Assembly (NCBI GenBank): GCA_963677595.1
Contig: OY782041.1
Coordinates: 992,001 to 1,056,000 of the forward strand
Reading direction: 5' to 3'
DNA from: Spirochaetia bacterium
Lineage (GTDB): Bacteria; Spirochaetota; Spirochaetia; CAKZLE01
DNA length: 64,000 nt
Both the position numbers and the translations under genes were made by a program. Position 1 is the first letter of the stretch; every line of letters begins with the position of its first letter. Positions 47,993-58,181 of this stretch are shown here, in pieces. The notes under the pieces were generated by a model. It ran no database searches. It saw only the letters and a list, made by a program, of their open reading frames with translations, and was not told the origin of the DNA.

Positions 47993-48030
47993 TGATCAGT
48001 TCACGCACATACGGTGCGCTTCAGATGTGA

Positions 48031-49851
48031 TTATTTGTAGAGGGGTCCGAGTGCCTCGCATGCACGGTAGTCGCTGCCCTCTTTTGCCATCCCGAAGGAG
48101 TTCCAGTAACTCGGTCGGAAGATATCCTTCTCATCGACGTTATGCATGTTGACCGGGATCCTCAGCATGGAGCAGAGGGTGATGAGGTCCGCACCGATGT
48201 GGCCGTAGCTGACCGCACCGTGGTTCGCTCCCCAGTTCGCCATGACCTGGTAGACATCCTCGAAGGGACCGGCCTTGCCATCGACTCTTGGTACGAACCA
48301 GGTAGTCGGCCAGGTGGGGTTGGTCCGTGCATCGAGTACGTCATGTACTTCCTGAGGGATATCGACCGTCCAGCCCTCGGCGATCTGCATGACCGGCCCG
48401 AGGCCCTTGACCATGTTAAGCCTGCACATGGTGATAGGCATGCCGCCCTTGCTCAGGAAGTCCGAGGAGTACCCGCCGCCGCGGAAGTAGCCGCCGTCAC
48501 CGACGCAGAACTCGGTAGCGTCGAGAGTCTTGGCAACGTCTTCGGGAGTGATCTCCCAGAAGGGCTTCATGATGGGCTTGCCCTCGGCATCGCTCATCTC
48601 ACCAGCCGCATCGAGGGTGGTGGAACCTGAGTTGATCAGGTGAATGAAGCCGTTCTCAGCCAGCCCCTGCGGGGCCCAGCCGGTGACACGCTCGATCGCA
48701 TCCGGGCTCCAGTAGGTCCGCACATCCGAGAAGATCTGCGCCGTGTTGGTCAGCAAGTGGCCGAAGAGCATGGAGACCCCATTGAGGGAGTCGTTCTCGG
48801 TCGCGAAGACGAATGCCTCACGGATCCCGTTCCAGTCGAACGAGGTATTGAGGAAGGTCTCCATGAAGTCCCCGTTCGGGTAATGGTCGGTCCATGACCG
48901 CTGGCCCTGGAACCCGCCGACGATGGCGTTCCGTCCCATGGCTTCTTCCTCTCGCCCGATCTCGGCGAGTTTCGGGTTGCCGATCATGAGGTCACGCCCG
49001 ATCATGAACATCTTGATGACATAGTCCCAGTCAGCGGCACGCTGTTCCTCGGTACGTCGGTACTCCGGGGGGTTGACGGTATCTTCCTGCTCGATGCAGT
49101 TCTCCTGCACCCATGCCTTGGCAAGCTCGAACTCCTCGGCATCGTAGATCTCTTCCTCGACCCTTCGTGCGACCTCTGACATATCGACCACTTCGGTCCT
49201 GAGCCCGAGGTACTCCTGCAGGAAGTCCTGGTCGACGATCGAACCGGCGATACCCATGGAGCATCCGCCGATGGAGAGGTAGGACTTACCCTTCATGGAA
49301 GCTACGGCAAGGCCTGCCTTTGCGAATCGAAGGATCTTCTCCTGCACATCTGGGGTGATCTCGGTATCATCCGAGTCCTGCACATCCCGTCCGTAGATCC
49401 CGAAGGCGGGAAGGCCCTTCTGGCTGTGTCCAGCCAGGACTGCTGCGAGGTAGACGGCTCCCGGTCGTTCGGTCCCATTGAGTCCCCAGACTGCCTTGAC
49501 GGTCTTGGGGTCCATATCCATGGTCTCCGATCCGTAGCACCAGCAGGGGGTGACGGTCAGGGTCACTGCGACCTGTTCCTTCTCGAACTTGTCCTGGCAG
49601 GCTGCTGCCTCGGCTACGCCGCCGATGCAGGTGTCAGCGATGACGCATTCTACCGGCTGCCCTGAGGGATGGACGAGGTTATCGGAGATGAGCTTCGCGG
49701 CACGCTTGGCCATGTTCATCGTCTGGTCCTCGAGTGATTCCCTCACTCCCCTTCTTCGACCATCGATGGTCGGTCGGATCCCGATCTTCGGGAGATCCCC
49801 TTTCAGTCTATTCACAGGACTGTTCATCCTGATATTTCCTACATTTGCCAC
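48031..49851 (-). CDS. fucI: L-fucose/D-arabinose isomerase
   Basis: [54 protein letters not shown]; GTG start chosen from RBS spacing. Confidence 0.96.
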   Translation of the reverse strand: MANVGNIRMNSPVNRLKGDLPKIGIRPTIDGRRRGVRESLEDQTMNMAKRAAKLISDNLVHPSGQPVECVIADTCIGGVAEAAACQDKFEKEQVAVTLTVTPCWCYGSETMDMDPKTVKAVWGLNGTERPGAVYLAAVLAGHSQKGLPAFGIYGRDVQDSDDTEITPDVQEKILRFAKAGLAVASMKGKSYLSIGGCSMGIAGSIVDQDFLQEYLGLRTEVVDMSEVARRVEEEIYDAEEFELAKAWVQENCIEQEDTVNPPEYRRTEEQRAADWDYVIKMFMIGRDLMIGNPKLAEIGREEEAMGRNAIVGGFQGQRSWTDHYPNGDFMETFLNTSFDWNGIREAFVFATENDSLNGVSMLFGHLLTNTAQIFSDVRTYWSPDAIERVTGWAPQGLAENGFIHLINSGSTTLDAAGEMSDAEGKPIMKPFWEITPEDVAKTLDATEFCVGDGGYFRGGGYSSDFLSKGGMPITMCRLNMVKGLGPVMQIAEGWTVDIPQEVHDVLDARTNPTWPTTWFVPRVDGKAGPFEDVYQVMANWGANHGAVSYGHIGADLITLCSMLRIPVNMHNVDEKDIFRPSYWNSFGMAKEGSDYRACEALGPLYK

Positions 49852-49881
49852 TGGCATCCTCCTGGTTCTCATGATATAATC

Positions 49882-49911
49882 ATGTAATCGATTACATGTA
49901 ATCGATTACAT
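49882..49911. promoter_or_regulatory. Tandem overlapping LacI-type operators
   Basis: ATGTAATCGATTACAT at 49882-49897 and again at 49896-49911, between divergent fucI and fucU-lacI. Confidence 0.8.
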
Positions 49912-49969
49912 TATGTCACGGGTTTGCGTGGAACGCAAGTGAAAAGTGAGAAAATAAGGAGATGAAATC

Positions 49970-50407
49970 ATGCTGAAAGGAATACCTTCGATCATATCGC
50001 CGGAGCTGTTGAAGATCCTCATGGAGATGGGGCATGGGGACGAGCTCGTCATCGGTGACGGGAACTTCCCCGCAGCCGCCTATGCGCAGAGACTCGTACG
50101 GCTCGACGGCCACGGGGTGCCCGAGATCCTCGACGCGATCCTCGCCCTCATGCCGCTCGATCAGTACAGCGACAAGAAAGGCTGGCTCATGGAGGTCGTC
50201 CCCGGGGATCCCTGCGGGAGGCCTGAGATCTGGGACACCTACGAGGAGATCGCGGGCAAGCATGAGGAAGGATTCGACGGCTACGGCTCGATCGAGCGGT
50301 TCGCCTTCTACGAACGGGCAAAGGAGGCCTACGCCATCGTCGCAAGCGGCGAGAGTGCCATCTATGCCAACATCATCCTCAAGAAAGGTGTCGTAGTCAA
50401 TTCATGA
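49970..50407 (+). CDS. fucU: L-fucose mutarotase (RbsD/FucU family)
   Basis: MLKGI...SPELL..L.EMGHGDE.V..D.NFP, ERFAFY, YANIILKKGV. Confidence 0.93.
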   Translation: MLKGIPSIISPELLKILMEMGHGDELVIGDGNFPAAAYAQRLVRLDGHGVPEILDAILALMPLDQYSDKKGWLMEVVPGDPCGRPEIWDTYEEIAGKHEEGFDGYGSIERFAFYERAKEAYAIVASGESAIYANIILKKGVVVNS

Positions 50408-51393
50408 CCAGGCGCAATCGCGGGATCACGATCAAGGACGTAGCCCAGACGGCAGGGGTCTCTACCGCCACGGTCTCCCGGGTCATCAACAAGGACCCGA
50501 AGGTTACCGAGAAGAACCGGGAACTCGTCCTCGCGGCGATGAAGGAGACCGGCTACCGGCTCAACCCGATCGCGAGGTCCCTCCGTGCCCAGAAGACCCA
50601 CACGATCGGGATCGTCGCGCCTGAATTCCAGAACGACTTCTTCACGGCCGTAGCGGAGGGGATCGAGCGGGTCCTCCGTCAGCGGGGCTACACCACCTTC
50701 ATCCTGAACTCACGAGAGGATATCATAGAGGAGAAGGCCCGGCTCGAGATGCTTGCCGAGAAGCAGGTGGACGGGGCGATCATCATCCCCGCTTCCGGTA
50801 TCGGGAGCCACTTCTCCTACCTCACTGAACACGGGATCCCCTTCGTCATGGTCGACCGTATGATCGAGGGGATGCAGGCTGACTGCGTCCTGACCGACAA
50901 TGTGCACGGGGCCTATGAGGCAGTATCGGCATGCATCGCCGATGGTGCTGCTTCTGTGGCGGTCATCGCGGGAGACCAGTCCCTCACCTCCGCCAGGGAG
51001 CGGTACGAGGGCTACCTCAAGGCCTTGAAGGCACACGATATAGCAATAGACGGGAGTATGATCGAGTTCGGGGACATGCACATCACATCGGGCTATGAGG
51101 CGATGAAGCGGATCACCGAACAGCATCCCTCCTTGACCCATGTCTTCATCGTCAACCTCTTCATGCGCATCGGGGCTGAGAAGTACCTTGCCGAACACCA
51201 GGAGTTCAGCGAAGTGAAGATCGCGGCCTTCGACGAGGCTGCGATCTCATCGCTGTTCACCCACTCCTTCATCACGGTGAAGCAGCCGCTCGAGGAGATC
51301 GGCACCACGGCAGCAGGGCTCCTGCTTAAGCGCATCGACAAGGAGGAGCTCCCCTTCCCCCAGGTCTACCGGCTGAAGGCGGAACTCTCCTGA
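50404..51393 (+). CDS. LacI family transcriptional regulator
   Basis: TIKDVA..AGVS.ATVSRV.N, ARSL, VDG.I. Confidence 0.95.
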   Translation: MTRRNRGITIKDVAQTAGVSTATVSRVINKDPKVTEKNRELVLAAMKETGYRLNPIARSLRAQKTHTIGIVAPEFQNDFFTAVAEGIERVLRQRGYTTFILNSREDIIEEKARLEMLAEKQVDGAIIIPASGIGSHFSYLTEHGIPFVMVDRMIEGMQADCVLTDNVHGAYEAVSACIADGAASVAVIAGDQSLTSARERYEGYLKALKAHDIAIDGSMIEFGDMHITSGYEAMKRITEQHPSLTHVFIVNLFMRIGAEKYLAEHQEFSEVKIAAFDEAAISSLFTHSFITVKQPLEEIGTTAAGLLLKRIDKEELPFPQVYRLKAELS

Positions 51394-51402
51394 GCCTCTT
51401 CC

Positions 51403-52797
51403 CTACCAGATATAATCAGCGAACGTGAGCCTGACTGACCAGGAGTCGGTCCCAGGATACCAGTCATGGATATAGGCATCCCCCTCCGTATCGTAGGCCA
51501 GGATGGTGAGAGACCCGTTCGTCTGGTCTGCGGTTTCGCCGATGATCGGGTAGTCGTCTGAATCGACCTGGATGTACTCCCCGTCATAGAGATCGGTGTA
51601 CCAGAGGGCGTTATCGCCATAGCGGCCATCATCGAGCATGTCATCGTCCACGAAGTAGATCGCCTCGAGGTCATAGCCTGTATCATTGGTGATCGTCACC
51701 ATCCCCCCGATCTCATAGCCGGGATCATCATCGTACTCCTCGAGGTAGCCCCAGTTCGACTCATGGTCATCGAAGGTGAGCTCTATATCCCAGGCATCGA
51801 GGTCCGGCCACCACTCTTTGATGTACATATCGCCCTCATAGTCGACAGCCAGGATGGTCAGCACCCCGAGCAGCTCGTCGACCTGCCCCTGGATATGGTC
51901 ATAATCTTCCGGGTAGACCGTGAGCCAGTCCCCGTCTGACAGGGTATAGGAACCAAGGAGGTCAGGTCCCCAGTAGTCATCGTCCACCATGTCGTCATCG
52001 AGCATGTAGAGGTAGGAGATCTCATAACCGGTATCGTTTGTGATCGTGAAGCTGTCGCCGTAGTAGTAGCTGTCATCCTCCCAGATCTCACCTGAGATGT
52101 AGTCGGGTACATAGGCGGTGCTGCCGGTGATCTGCCGTGCCCAGTAGAGTTCGTCGACGATCTCTCCCATCGGGATGATGAAGTCCATGTCCCGGGCCTC
52201 GGTGTAGTAGGCAACCACGATGCCGATGACCTCGAGGTCATCATTGATCACAGGGCCGCCGCTGTTTCCGCCATCGAACTTCATCGAGACGTCGTAGAAG
52301 TTCTCCCCCGAACCCATGAAGTCCGGCTGGTAGGAGCTGACCGTACCTTCGGTGATCTTCAGGTTACCGGTGATCGGGTAGCCTGCGGCCCAGATCTCAT
52401 CAAGGAGCTCCACACTGGTCTCAAGACCAAGATACTGGTCACTTTGGTATCCCTCGACCTGCAGGACCGCCCAGTCACGGGTATAGTTCCAGACCAGAGG
52501 CACTGCATCAAAGGTCCCCCCGGAGTTGGTCTTCACCCGCAGGGAGAGTCCCTCCCGGAAGTGGTCCTCAATGACATGGAAGTTGGTACAGACAAGCCCA
52601 TTCTCGGAGAAGAAGAACCCCGTACCGAAGGAGTAGACCTCCCCGTAGGAGTCCACATTGTCGATGCGGACCGTCGTGTCATACAGGAGGTCCCTGATGT
52701 CACTGTTCGAAGCCGCCGTCAGCGTGAATGCCGCTGTAAGAAACAGCAGAAAGCAGAGGATCGGTACGATCCTCCAAGCCCTGTTCTCCTTTCCCAT
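51403..52797 (-). CDS. Secreted trypsin-like (S1) serine protease with two acidic C-terminal repeat domains
   Basis: GTGFF, TNFHV (His), DWAVL (Asp), GNSGGP (Ser); repeated TITNDTGY..domains. Confidence 0.85.
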   Translation of the reverse strand: MGKENRAWRIVPILCFLLFLTAAFTLTAASNSDIRDLLYDTTVRIDNVDSYGEVYSFGTGFFFSENGLVCTNFHVIEDHFREGLSLRVKTNSGGTFDAVPLVWNYTRDWAVLQVEGYQSDQYLGLETSVELLDEIWAAGYPITGNLKITEGTVSSYQPDFMGSGENFYDVSMKFDGGNSGGPVINDDLEVIGIVVAYYTEARDMDFIIPMGEIVDELYWARQITGSTAYVPDYISGEIWEDDSYYYGDSFTITNDTGYEISYLYMLDDDMVDDDYWGPDLLGSYTLSDGDWLTVYPEDYDHIQGQVDELLGVLTILAVDYEGDMYIKEWWPDLDAWDIELTFDDHESNWGYLEEYDDDPGYEIGGMVTITNDTGYDLEAIYFVDDDMLDDGRYGDNALWYTDLYDGEYIQVDSDDYPIIGETADQTNGSLTILAYDTEGDAYIHDWYPGTDSWSVRLTFADYIW

Positions 52798-52892
52798 ATC
52801 ATCCCCCATGCAGAGCACTGCTCCTATTCTATTGTGCCACAGAGTCCTGTTTGTGAGAAGGCCGGAACGTGATAATTACCAATTACCGAGGA

Positions 52893-53309
52893 TCAGAACA
52901 TCCCCTCATAACTTAGGAACTCGAAGCTGTAGCCGCCGGCAGCGGGGATATAGGAGGAGGTATCAGATACATACTGGAGGAAGGCCGGGCACTCGTCCCC
53001 TTGGATGAGGATCGGGACCGGCCGGGGGCCGACCCACCCGGGACCCGGGGTGTAGTGCGAGTAGGTGATGGTGATCTCATCCCCGGCCTCCAGCCCGGTC
53101 TCACTGTACTGGATTCGGATGACCTCCGCCAGAATGGTGACCGGCACCGAACTGAAACAGGAGAGGAACGGCGTACTCACATCGAGCACCGTGATGTACA
53201 GCTGTTCAGGAGCAGAGTCCTGCATCCATTGGTACGAATCGGGACTGATCTCGGCAACAAGAAGAGCACTTACCATACAGAGCAAAAGGACTATACCAAT
53301 TCGTTTCAT
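52893..53309 (-). CDS. Secreted hypothetical protein
   Basis: Signal peptide, GAGG RBS, protein-like composition. Confidence 0.7.
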   Translation of the reverse strand: MKRIGIVLLLCMVSALLVAEISPDSYQWMQDSAPEQLYITVLDVSTPFLSCFSSVPVTILAEVIRIQYSETGLEAGDEITITYSHYTPGPGWVGPRPVPILIQGDECPAFLQYVSDTSSYIPAAGGYSFEFLSYEGMF

Positions 53310-53477
53310 AGAGCCACCTCATACTATTATACTCTATTACGAAGTAAATACGAATAATCATCACATCTTCTTGCATTGTAACCAATTACATGCATAATGT
53401 GTTATAATTATAGCACAGGAACATCAAAAGCGCGTACCACTCAACCTGTTTTGTCCTAAAACTTGAGGGGGTATCAG

Positions 53478-54200
53478 ATGAAGAAAGTCCTAATCCTATT
53501 CGTGATTATAGCAATGATAGTATCCATCTTCTCAGGCTGCGACCCTTTCGGCGGGGGGTATGTCGAGTTCAATGCTGCCACCTGGACCAGGACCAAGGAT
53601 AACATGTTCTTCATCAAGGAGAGCGACAGGGACCTGCGGCTTGCAGGGGGAACAGAACCCAGGACTGACACGGTCTTCGTCCCGCCGGTGAGATTCGGGG
53701 CTTCGTCCTATACCCTGCAGCAATCAACGGACGGTGGGGAGAACTGGACTGACCTCACCACCACGACTACTGATACCCAGGATAGTTTCAGCACCTCAAT
53801 CACCCAGACCGGGCTTCTGCGATTGAAGATAACAGGGGGGCAGTATGACGGCCAGTACTCCAATACGGCAGACCTGTTCCTGGTAAGTGCCTTGGATACC
53901 CAGTTTGCGGGGACTCCGAAATATACCATAACCAACAGTTTCGGTGAATTCACCACTGGCATCTCCGTTGGTTCAGTACCCATAGGGACCGTCATCGATA
54001 AGCAGTTCACCTATCAGTGGTATCACCTTGACCCTGATGACTTTGAGAACTTCACCGCAATTGACGGGGCGACCTCGTCAACCTATTCAGCCACCTCAGC
54101 AGACAACGGGTATATTCTCGTCTGCAGGGCAGTTGGGGACCAAGTCAGTACCGGGGGCTTCATCCATCTTTCGCTGAACCTCACCAGTATCTATTGGTAG
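53478..54200 (+). CDS. Lipoprotein with C-terminal Ig-like (YQWY..I.GAT...Y) domain, paralog 1
   Basis: FSG-C lipobox; TYQWY...IDGATSSTY...AD.G. Confidence 0.75.
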   Translation: MKKVLILFVIIAMIVSIFSGCDPFGGGYVEFNAATWTRTKDNMFFIKESDRDLRLAGGTEPRTDTVFVPPVRFGASSYTLQQSTDGGENWTDLTTTTTDTQDSFSTSITQTGLLRLKITGGQYDGQYSNTADLFLVSALDTQFAGTPKYTITNSFGEFTTGISVGSVPIGTVIDKQFTYQWYHLDPDDFENFTAIDGATSSTYSATSADNGYILVCRAVGDQVSTGGFIHLSLNLTSIYW

Positions 54201-54309
54201 CATAACGTAGCGACTCCAGTATGAATGTGATTCATACATGAAATACTAAAGACCACGTCCACATAACCTGCTTCCCTGTTCCTGCCTGTGAACGTGAGAG
54301 GGGAATGAA

Positions 54310-55077
54310 ATGAAAAAAGTCTTGTTCGTCTGTTTCATCAGTGTCAGTATTCTGTTATTCGTTACCGGCTGTGACCTGCTTGGGAACCTGTTCGGGGACG
54401 GTGGATACATCACCGTTGAATCGGTGCCCAGCAACCTCATGTTCGTGGGGGAAAGCGACCGGGAGGCAACCACGTACAGCACCCGACCCTCGGTGGACAT
54501 CTGGTTCCCATCTCCCAATGACTTCGGGGCTGACAGCTACACCGTCCAGGTATCCACGAACGGGAAGACAACCTGGTCTAACTTCCAGTATTACGGGGAT
54601 GACCTCGTGACGAATGCGGAAGGGACAACCTGTGGGTTCACCGTTGAGCCGACAGTTGCACCCTCCTGGTTCCGTCTCCTGATCTCCGGCGGTACATACG
54701 ACGGGCAGATCTCAGATGCCATGGAAGTACCGATCCTCAGTGAGGTCGATACCCGTTTCTCAGGCTGGGTCCTGGACTATAATGCCACGGCAACGCAGCC
54801 TCCACGGGTTGGGTACGGCATATCAGCGTCCTGTACCGTGACGGAGGCAGAGTCCCCGTATACGGCAGTCGCCGTAAGCTCACTGAACCTGAGCTATCAG
54901 TGGTACCGGGTAAACCCCAATGACTATGATGATATCGAGTTGATCGCAGGGGCCACCGATGCAGTCTATATCACGACCTCCGCTGACAAAGGCCACCAGA
55001 TGATGGTCCGCATGACCGGGGATGGTGTCACCATCGGCGGGTTCGTCCAAGCCATGGCTGAGGACGTGGTGAACTAA
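54310..55077 (+). CDS. Lipoprotein with C-terminal Ig-like domain, paralog 2
   Basis: VTG-C lipobox; shares ESDR, FGA.SYT.Q.ST.G, I.GG.YDGQ.S, DT.F.G and YQWY with its neighbour. Confidence 0.78.
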   Translation: MKKVLFVCFISVSILLFVTGCDLLGNLFGDGGYITVESVPSNLMFVGESDREATTYSTRPSVDIWFPSPNDFGADSYTVQVSTNGKTTWSNFQYYGDDLVTNAEGTTCGFTVEPTVAPSWFRLLISGGTYDGQISDAMEVPILSEVDTRFSGWVLDYNATATQPPRVGYGISASCTVTEAESPYTAVAVSSLNLSYQWYRVNPNDYDDIELIAGATDAVYITTSADKGHQMMVRMTGDGVTIGGFVQAMAEDVVN

Positions 55078-56159
55078 TAGGTATTCGTGATTATCCTGTA
55101 GATATCGGTGTTATCCATTCTGGACACATCCCACTGTTCCGCATTCATACCCCAGACATAGATCGGGACATCTCCACGGCTATGCCCGGTATGGCCCCAA
55201 TAGGCATCCGGGTTCGTTGGGAGTGATCCCTCCGTGATCGGTATATCCATATCCAACAGCCCAGTCTCATGGTCTGCCGTCACAATGATCGTGGTATCAT
55301 CCCTGCCTGCTGCCCATGTGTGTATAGCTTCCACCGTCTCATGGAGCTCGATGGTCTCCCCGATCATGTGCACCAGGTTGTTGTCATGGGAGGCATGGTC
55401 AATGCGGCCTGCTTCCACCATGAGGAAGAAGCCGTCAGGACCCTTCTCGAGGATCGATAACGCAGCCTCGGTCATCTCCGGTAGGGAAGGATAATCCTCA
55501 CTTCTTTCTGCAACATACGGTATATGGCCTGTCCCGAATTGTCCGCTTATACGCTCTACATCTTGTGCAACGGCAGTCTGCAGCTCCGCTGCCGTGGTCA
55601 CTACTTTATACCCAGCTGCTTCAGCGGCTGCAACGGTCAAGCCGTAGCCGCCTCCCCCAAGAAGAACCTCCGGCTGTGTCTCTTCCAGGAAGTCAGCCGC
55701 GATCTCCTCATAGTTCCCCCGGTTCTCCTCATGCGCACCGAAGGCTGCTGGCGTGGCATGGGTCAGGTGGGCGGTAGAGACCAGCCCGGTACTCATACCA
55801 TAACGCTTGTAGTATTCCAACAGCGTCTCATAGGGCTTCCCGTCAGGAGCCTGGCTTATAGTCCCGTTCGATACCTTCATTCCCGTTGCCATCGCAGTAG
55901 CCGCAGCGGCGGAATCAGTGATAGCTCCACAGAGAGAGAGGGTTCCGACCTGCGAAGCTGCCGGGAACTGCTGGAAAGAGAGCCCATCCTCCTCACCGGT
56001 GAGGTAGAGGGATGCTGCCCTCACATGGGCGAAGCCCATCCCGTCACCGATGATGAGGATGCAGTTCGTGATCTCAGGCGGCTGCTCGGGAACGATCTGC
56101 ATTGAGCAGGAAACGAGAAGCAGGGAGATCATAAGTATACCGAACAGGATCCTCTTCAT
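55074..56159 (-). CDS. phoA: Alkaline phosphatase (lipoprotein)
   Basis: LVS-C lipobox; IGDGMG, TDSAAAAT, HATPA, EAGRIDHASH, TADHET. Confidence 0.9.
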   Translation of the reverse strand: MKRILFGILMISLLLVSCSMQIVPEQPPEITNCILIIGDGMGFAHVRAASLYLTGEEDGLSFQQFPAASQVGTLSLCGAITDSAAAATAMATGMKVSNGTISQAPDGKPYETLLEYYKRYGMSTGLVSTAHLTHATPAAFGAHEENRGNYEEIAADFLEETQPEVLLGGGGYGLTVAAAEAAGYKVVTTAAELQTAVAQDVERISGQFGTGHIPYVAERSEDYPSLPEMTEAALSILEKGPDGFFLMVEAGRIDHASHDNNLVHMIGETIELHETVEAIHTWAAGRDDTTIIVTADHETGLLDMDIPITEGSLPTNPDAYWGHTGHSRGDVPIYVWGMNAEQWDVSRMDNTDIYRIITNTY

Positions 56160-56219
56160 GAGTCAAAGTATACCATAAAATGTTTTACAGGAGACAGCTT
56201 CATCAGCTATGATTGTTAC

Positions 56220-57065
56220 ATGACGACACTGACATTATCTATCACGATCCTGATCTTTGCTATCGCTGTATCATTCCTCTACGGACTGGTCACCCGGAAC
56301 TACTCGACGGTAGACCGCCTCTGGTCTATCCTCCCGGTAGTCTACCTCCTCTGCTGGCTGCCTGATTACATCGATAACCCCAGGTTTATCATCGCTGGTG
56401 TGCTGGTCCTTGCCTGGGCTGTCCGGCTGACGGTGAACTTCGCGATAAAGGGTGGCTATGCCTTCTCCTTCCCCACCGGGTTCACCGGTGAGGACTATCG
56501 CTGGGAGATCCTGCGGGAGAAGATCGGCAATCGTGTGCTCTTCGAGCTCTTCAACCTCTTATTCATCAGCTCCTACCAGCTGCTGCTGATCTTTGCCTTC
56601 ACCCTGCCCCTCTACTTCTACGGCAAGGTGTCCGGGCCGATCACCGCAGTGGAGATCCTGCTCTATACAGTCCATGCCCTCTTGCTCATGCTTGAAGCTG
56701 CCGCTGATATCCAGCAGCTGCGGTTCTACCGCAGCCGGAGCACAGGCGGCAGCCGACACAGTCTCGGGTTCAACACCTTCGGGTTGTGGCAGTACTCCCG
56801 TCACCCGAATTATGTCTGCGAGATGGGTCAATGGATCGTGGTATACCTCTATCTGGTTGCAGCGACGGGAATGCTGCACTGGTCGGGAATCGGGGCAGTA
56901 TTATTAGTGGGCTTGTTCGCCGGCAGCACCCGCTTCACCGAGACGGTGACCGCATCGAAGTATGAGCAGTATGGGGAATGGAAGGAGATGACCTCGGTAT
57001 GGGTCCCTGTGAGGAGGACCTGGGGCCAAAAAAATAAGAGAGAAGAATTTCTCTCCTCTCTCTGA
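56220..57065 (+). CDS. DUF1295 membrane protein (steroid 5-alpha-reductase/ICMT-like)
   Basis: NYS.VDRLWS, GEDYRW, ADIQQ..F, GLW.YSRHPNY..E. Confidence 0.88.
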   Translation: MTTLTLSITILIFAIAVSFLYGLVTRNYSTVDRLWSILPVVYLLCWLPDYIDNPRFIIAGVLVLAWAVRLTVNFAIKGGYAFSFPTGFTGEDYRWEILREKIGNRVLFELFNLLFISSYQLLLIFAFTLPLYFYGKVSGPITAVEILLYTVHALLLMLEAAADIQQLRFYRSRSTGGSRHSLGFNTFGLWQYSRHPNYVCEMGQWIVVYLYLVAATGMLHWSGIGAVLLVGLFAGSTRFTETVTASKYEQYGEWKEMTSVWVPVRRTWGQKNKREEFLSSL

Positions 57066-57068
57066 GTC

Positions 57069-57245
57069 TTACTTAGGCTCCCACTTGCATCGGACCGGGG
57101 AGACGATGAGCTCCTCTTTCTTCAGGGCCTTGAAGACCTTGTCTACCTCTTTTCGCTCAAGCCCGGAGAGTTTCTCTACTTCCCCTGCGCTGAGGGGCTT
57201 GCCTGCCCCTCTCATGACTTCCAGGACCTTATCTCTTGCTTCCAT
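57069..57245 (-). CDS. 58-aa stand-alone winged-helix protein (absent from the ORF track)
   Basis: GGAGG RBS; MEARDKVLEVMRGAGKPLSAGEVEKLSGLERKEVDKVFKALKKEELIVSPVRCKWEPK. Confidence 0.8.
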   Translation of the reverse strand: MEARDKVLEVMRGAGKPLSAGEVEKLSGLERKEVDKVFKALKKEELIVSPVRCKWEPK

Positions 57246-57349
57246 GACTGCACCTCCATATCAATATGCTTATATATTGTATTTACCACATCTTTGTAAT
57301 AATTACAATATATCTCGCATAAGATTGGTCACAGATCCTCACCATTTTT

Positions 57350-58150
57350 TCAATGTTCACGTTCGATGATATCAAGCATGTCTTTCTTCCTGGCCTCGAG
57401 TAATCGATTGAAGGTAGTCTGGTCGATGAATGGGTTCGATCCCTCAGTTTTTCTCGCAGCCTTACCGAGCATATCAGCATGATTGGGATGTGAGCCAAGG
57501 GTAATATCTACATGCATCTTGCTTAAGCGTTCAATGCTGTTGAGAAAATCATCTCGTAAGGAGAACGGCTGTCTGCTTTCCTGAAGGTACTCAGCAGTCA
57601 GTGTATTCACTCCTATCCCGCCATGCATCCCGCATCGATATGTTTTCCCCTGGTCTTCAACATCGAAGAAGAAGGAATACGTCCCAGGAGTGTGTCCAGG
57701 GGTATGGATTGCCTGGATAGAAATATTTCCCAGGTTGATGGTTTCATCTTCACAGAAATAATGGTCAACCTTGAATGGTTCAAAGGTATCCTTATAGACT
57801 ATGATCAGGTCTGTTCGCTCTGTCAGGAAATAGAGGTCTTCTTTCCCCATGAAGATCTCAGCATCTGTATAATGCGCAACTTGAGCAATACCTCCGCAAT
57901 GGTCATAATGGGCATGGGAAATGAGTATGTACTTGATATCCTTTGGATCAAAACCCAGTTTCCTAATACTCTCAAACAGCAGATACACGGTTTGCGGCAT
58001 CATAGCATCAATCAGGATCAGACCATCACCAGTATCTATCAAGTAACTCCCAACCCAGGCACCGCCAATATAATAGACCCCATGCACGACCTCGAACGGA
58101 TCCACAGAAAAATCCCAAGGTCGATCACAATTATTCCTGAATACTTCCAT
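57350..58150 (-). CDS. Metallo-beta-lactamase-fold hydrolase, subclass B3-like, no signal peptide
   Basis: PF.....YYIG, ISHAHYDHCGG, TPGHTPG, GSHP. Confidence 0.85.
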   Translation of the reverse strand: MEVFRNNCDRPWDFSVDPFEVVHGVYYIGGAWVGSYLIDTGDGLILIDAMMPQTVYLLFESIRKLGFDPKDIKYILISHAHYDHCGGIAQVAHYTDAEIFMGKEDLYFLTERTDLIIVYKDTFEPFKVDHYFCEDETINLGNISIQAIHTPGHTPGTYSFFFDVEDQGKTYRCGMHGGIGVNTLTAEYLQESRQPFSLRDDFLNSIERLSKMHVDITLGSHPNHADMLGKAARKTEGSNPFIDQTTFNRLLEARKKDMLDIIEREH

Positions 58151-58181
58151 CTCTACTCCTGCACTACAGTATATGCGTACG

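Noticed and set aside
57350-58150. Antibiotic-resistance beta-lactamase call
   Set aside because: No signal peptide and a catabolic operon context; the fold alone does not show resistance
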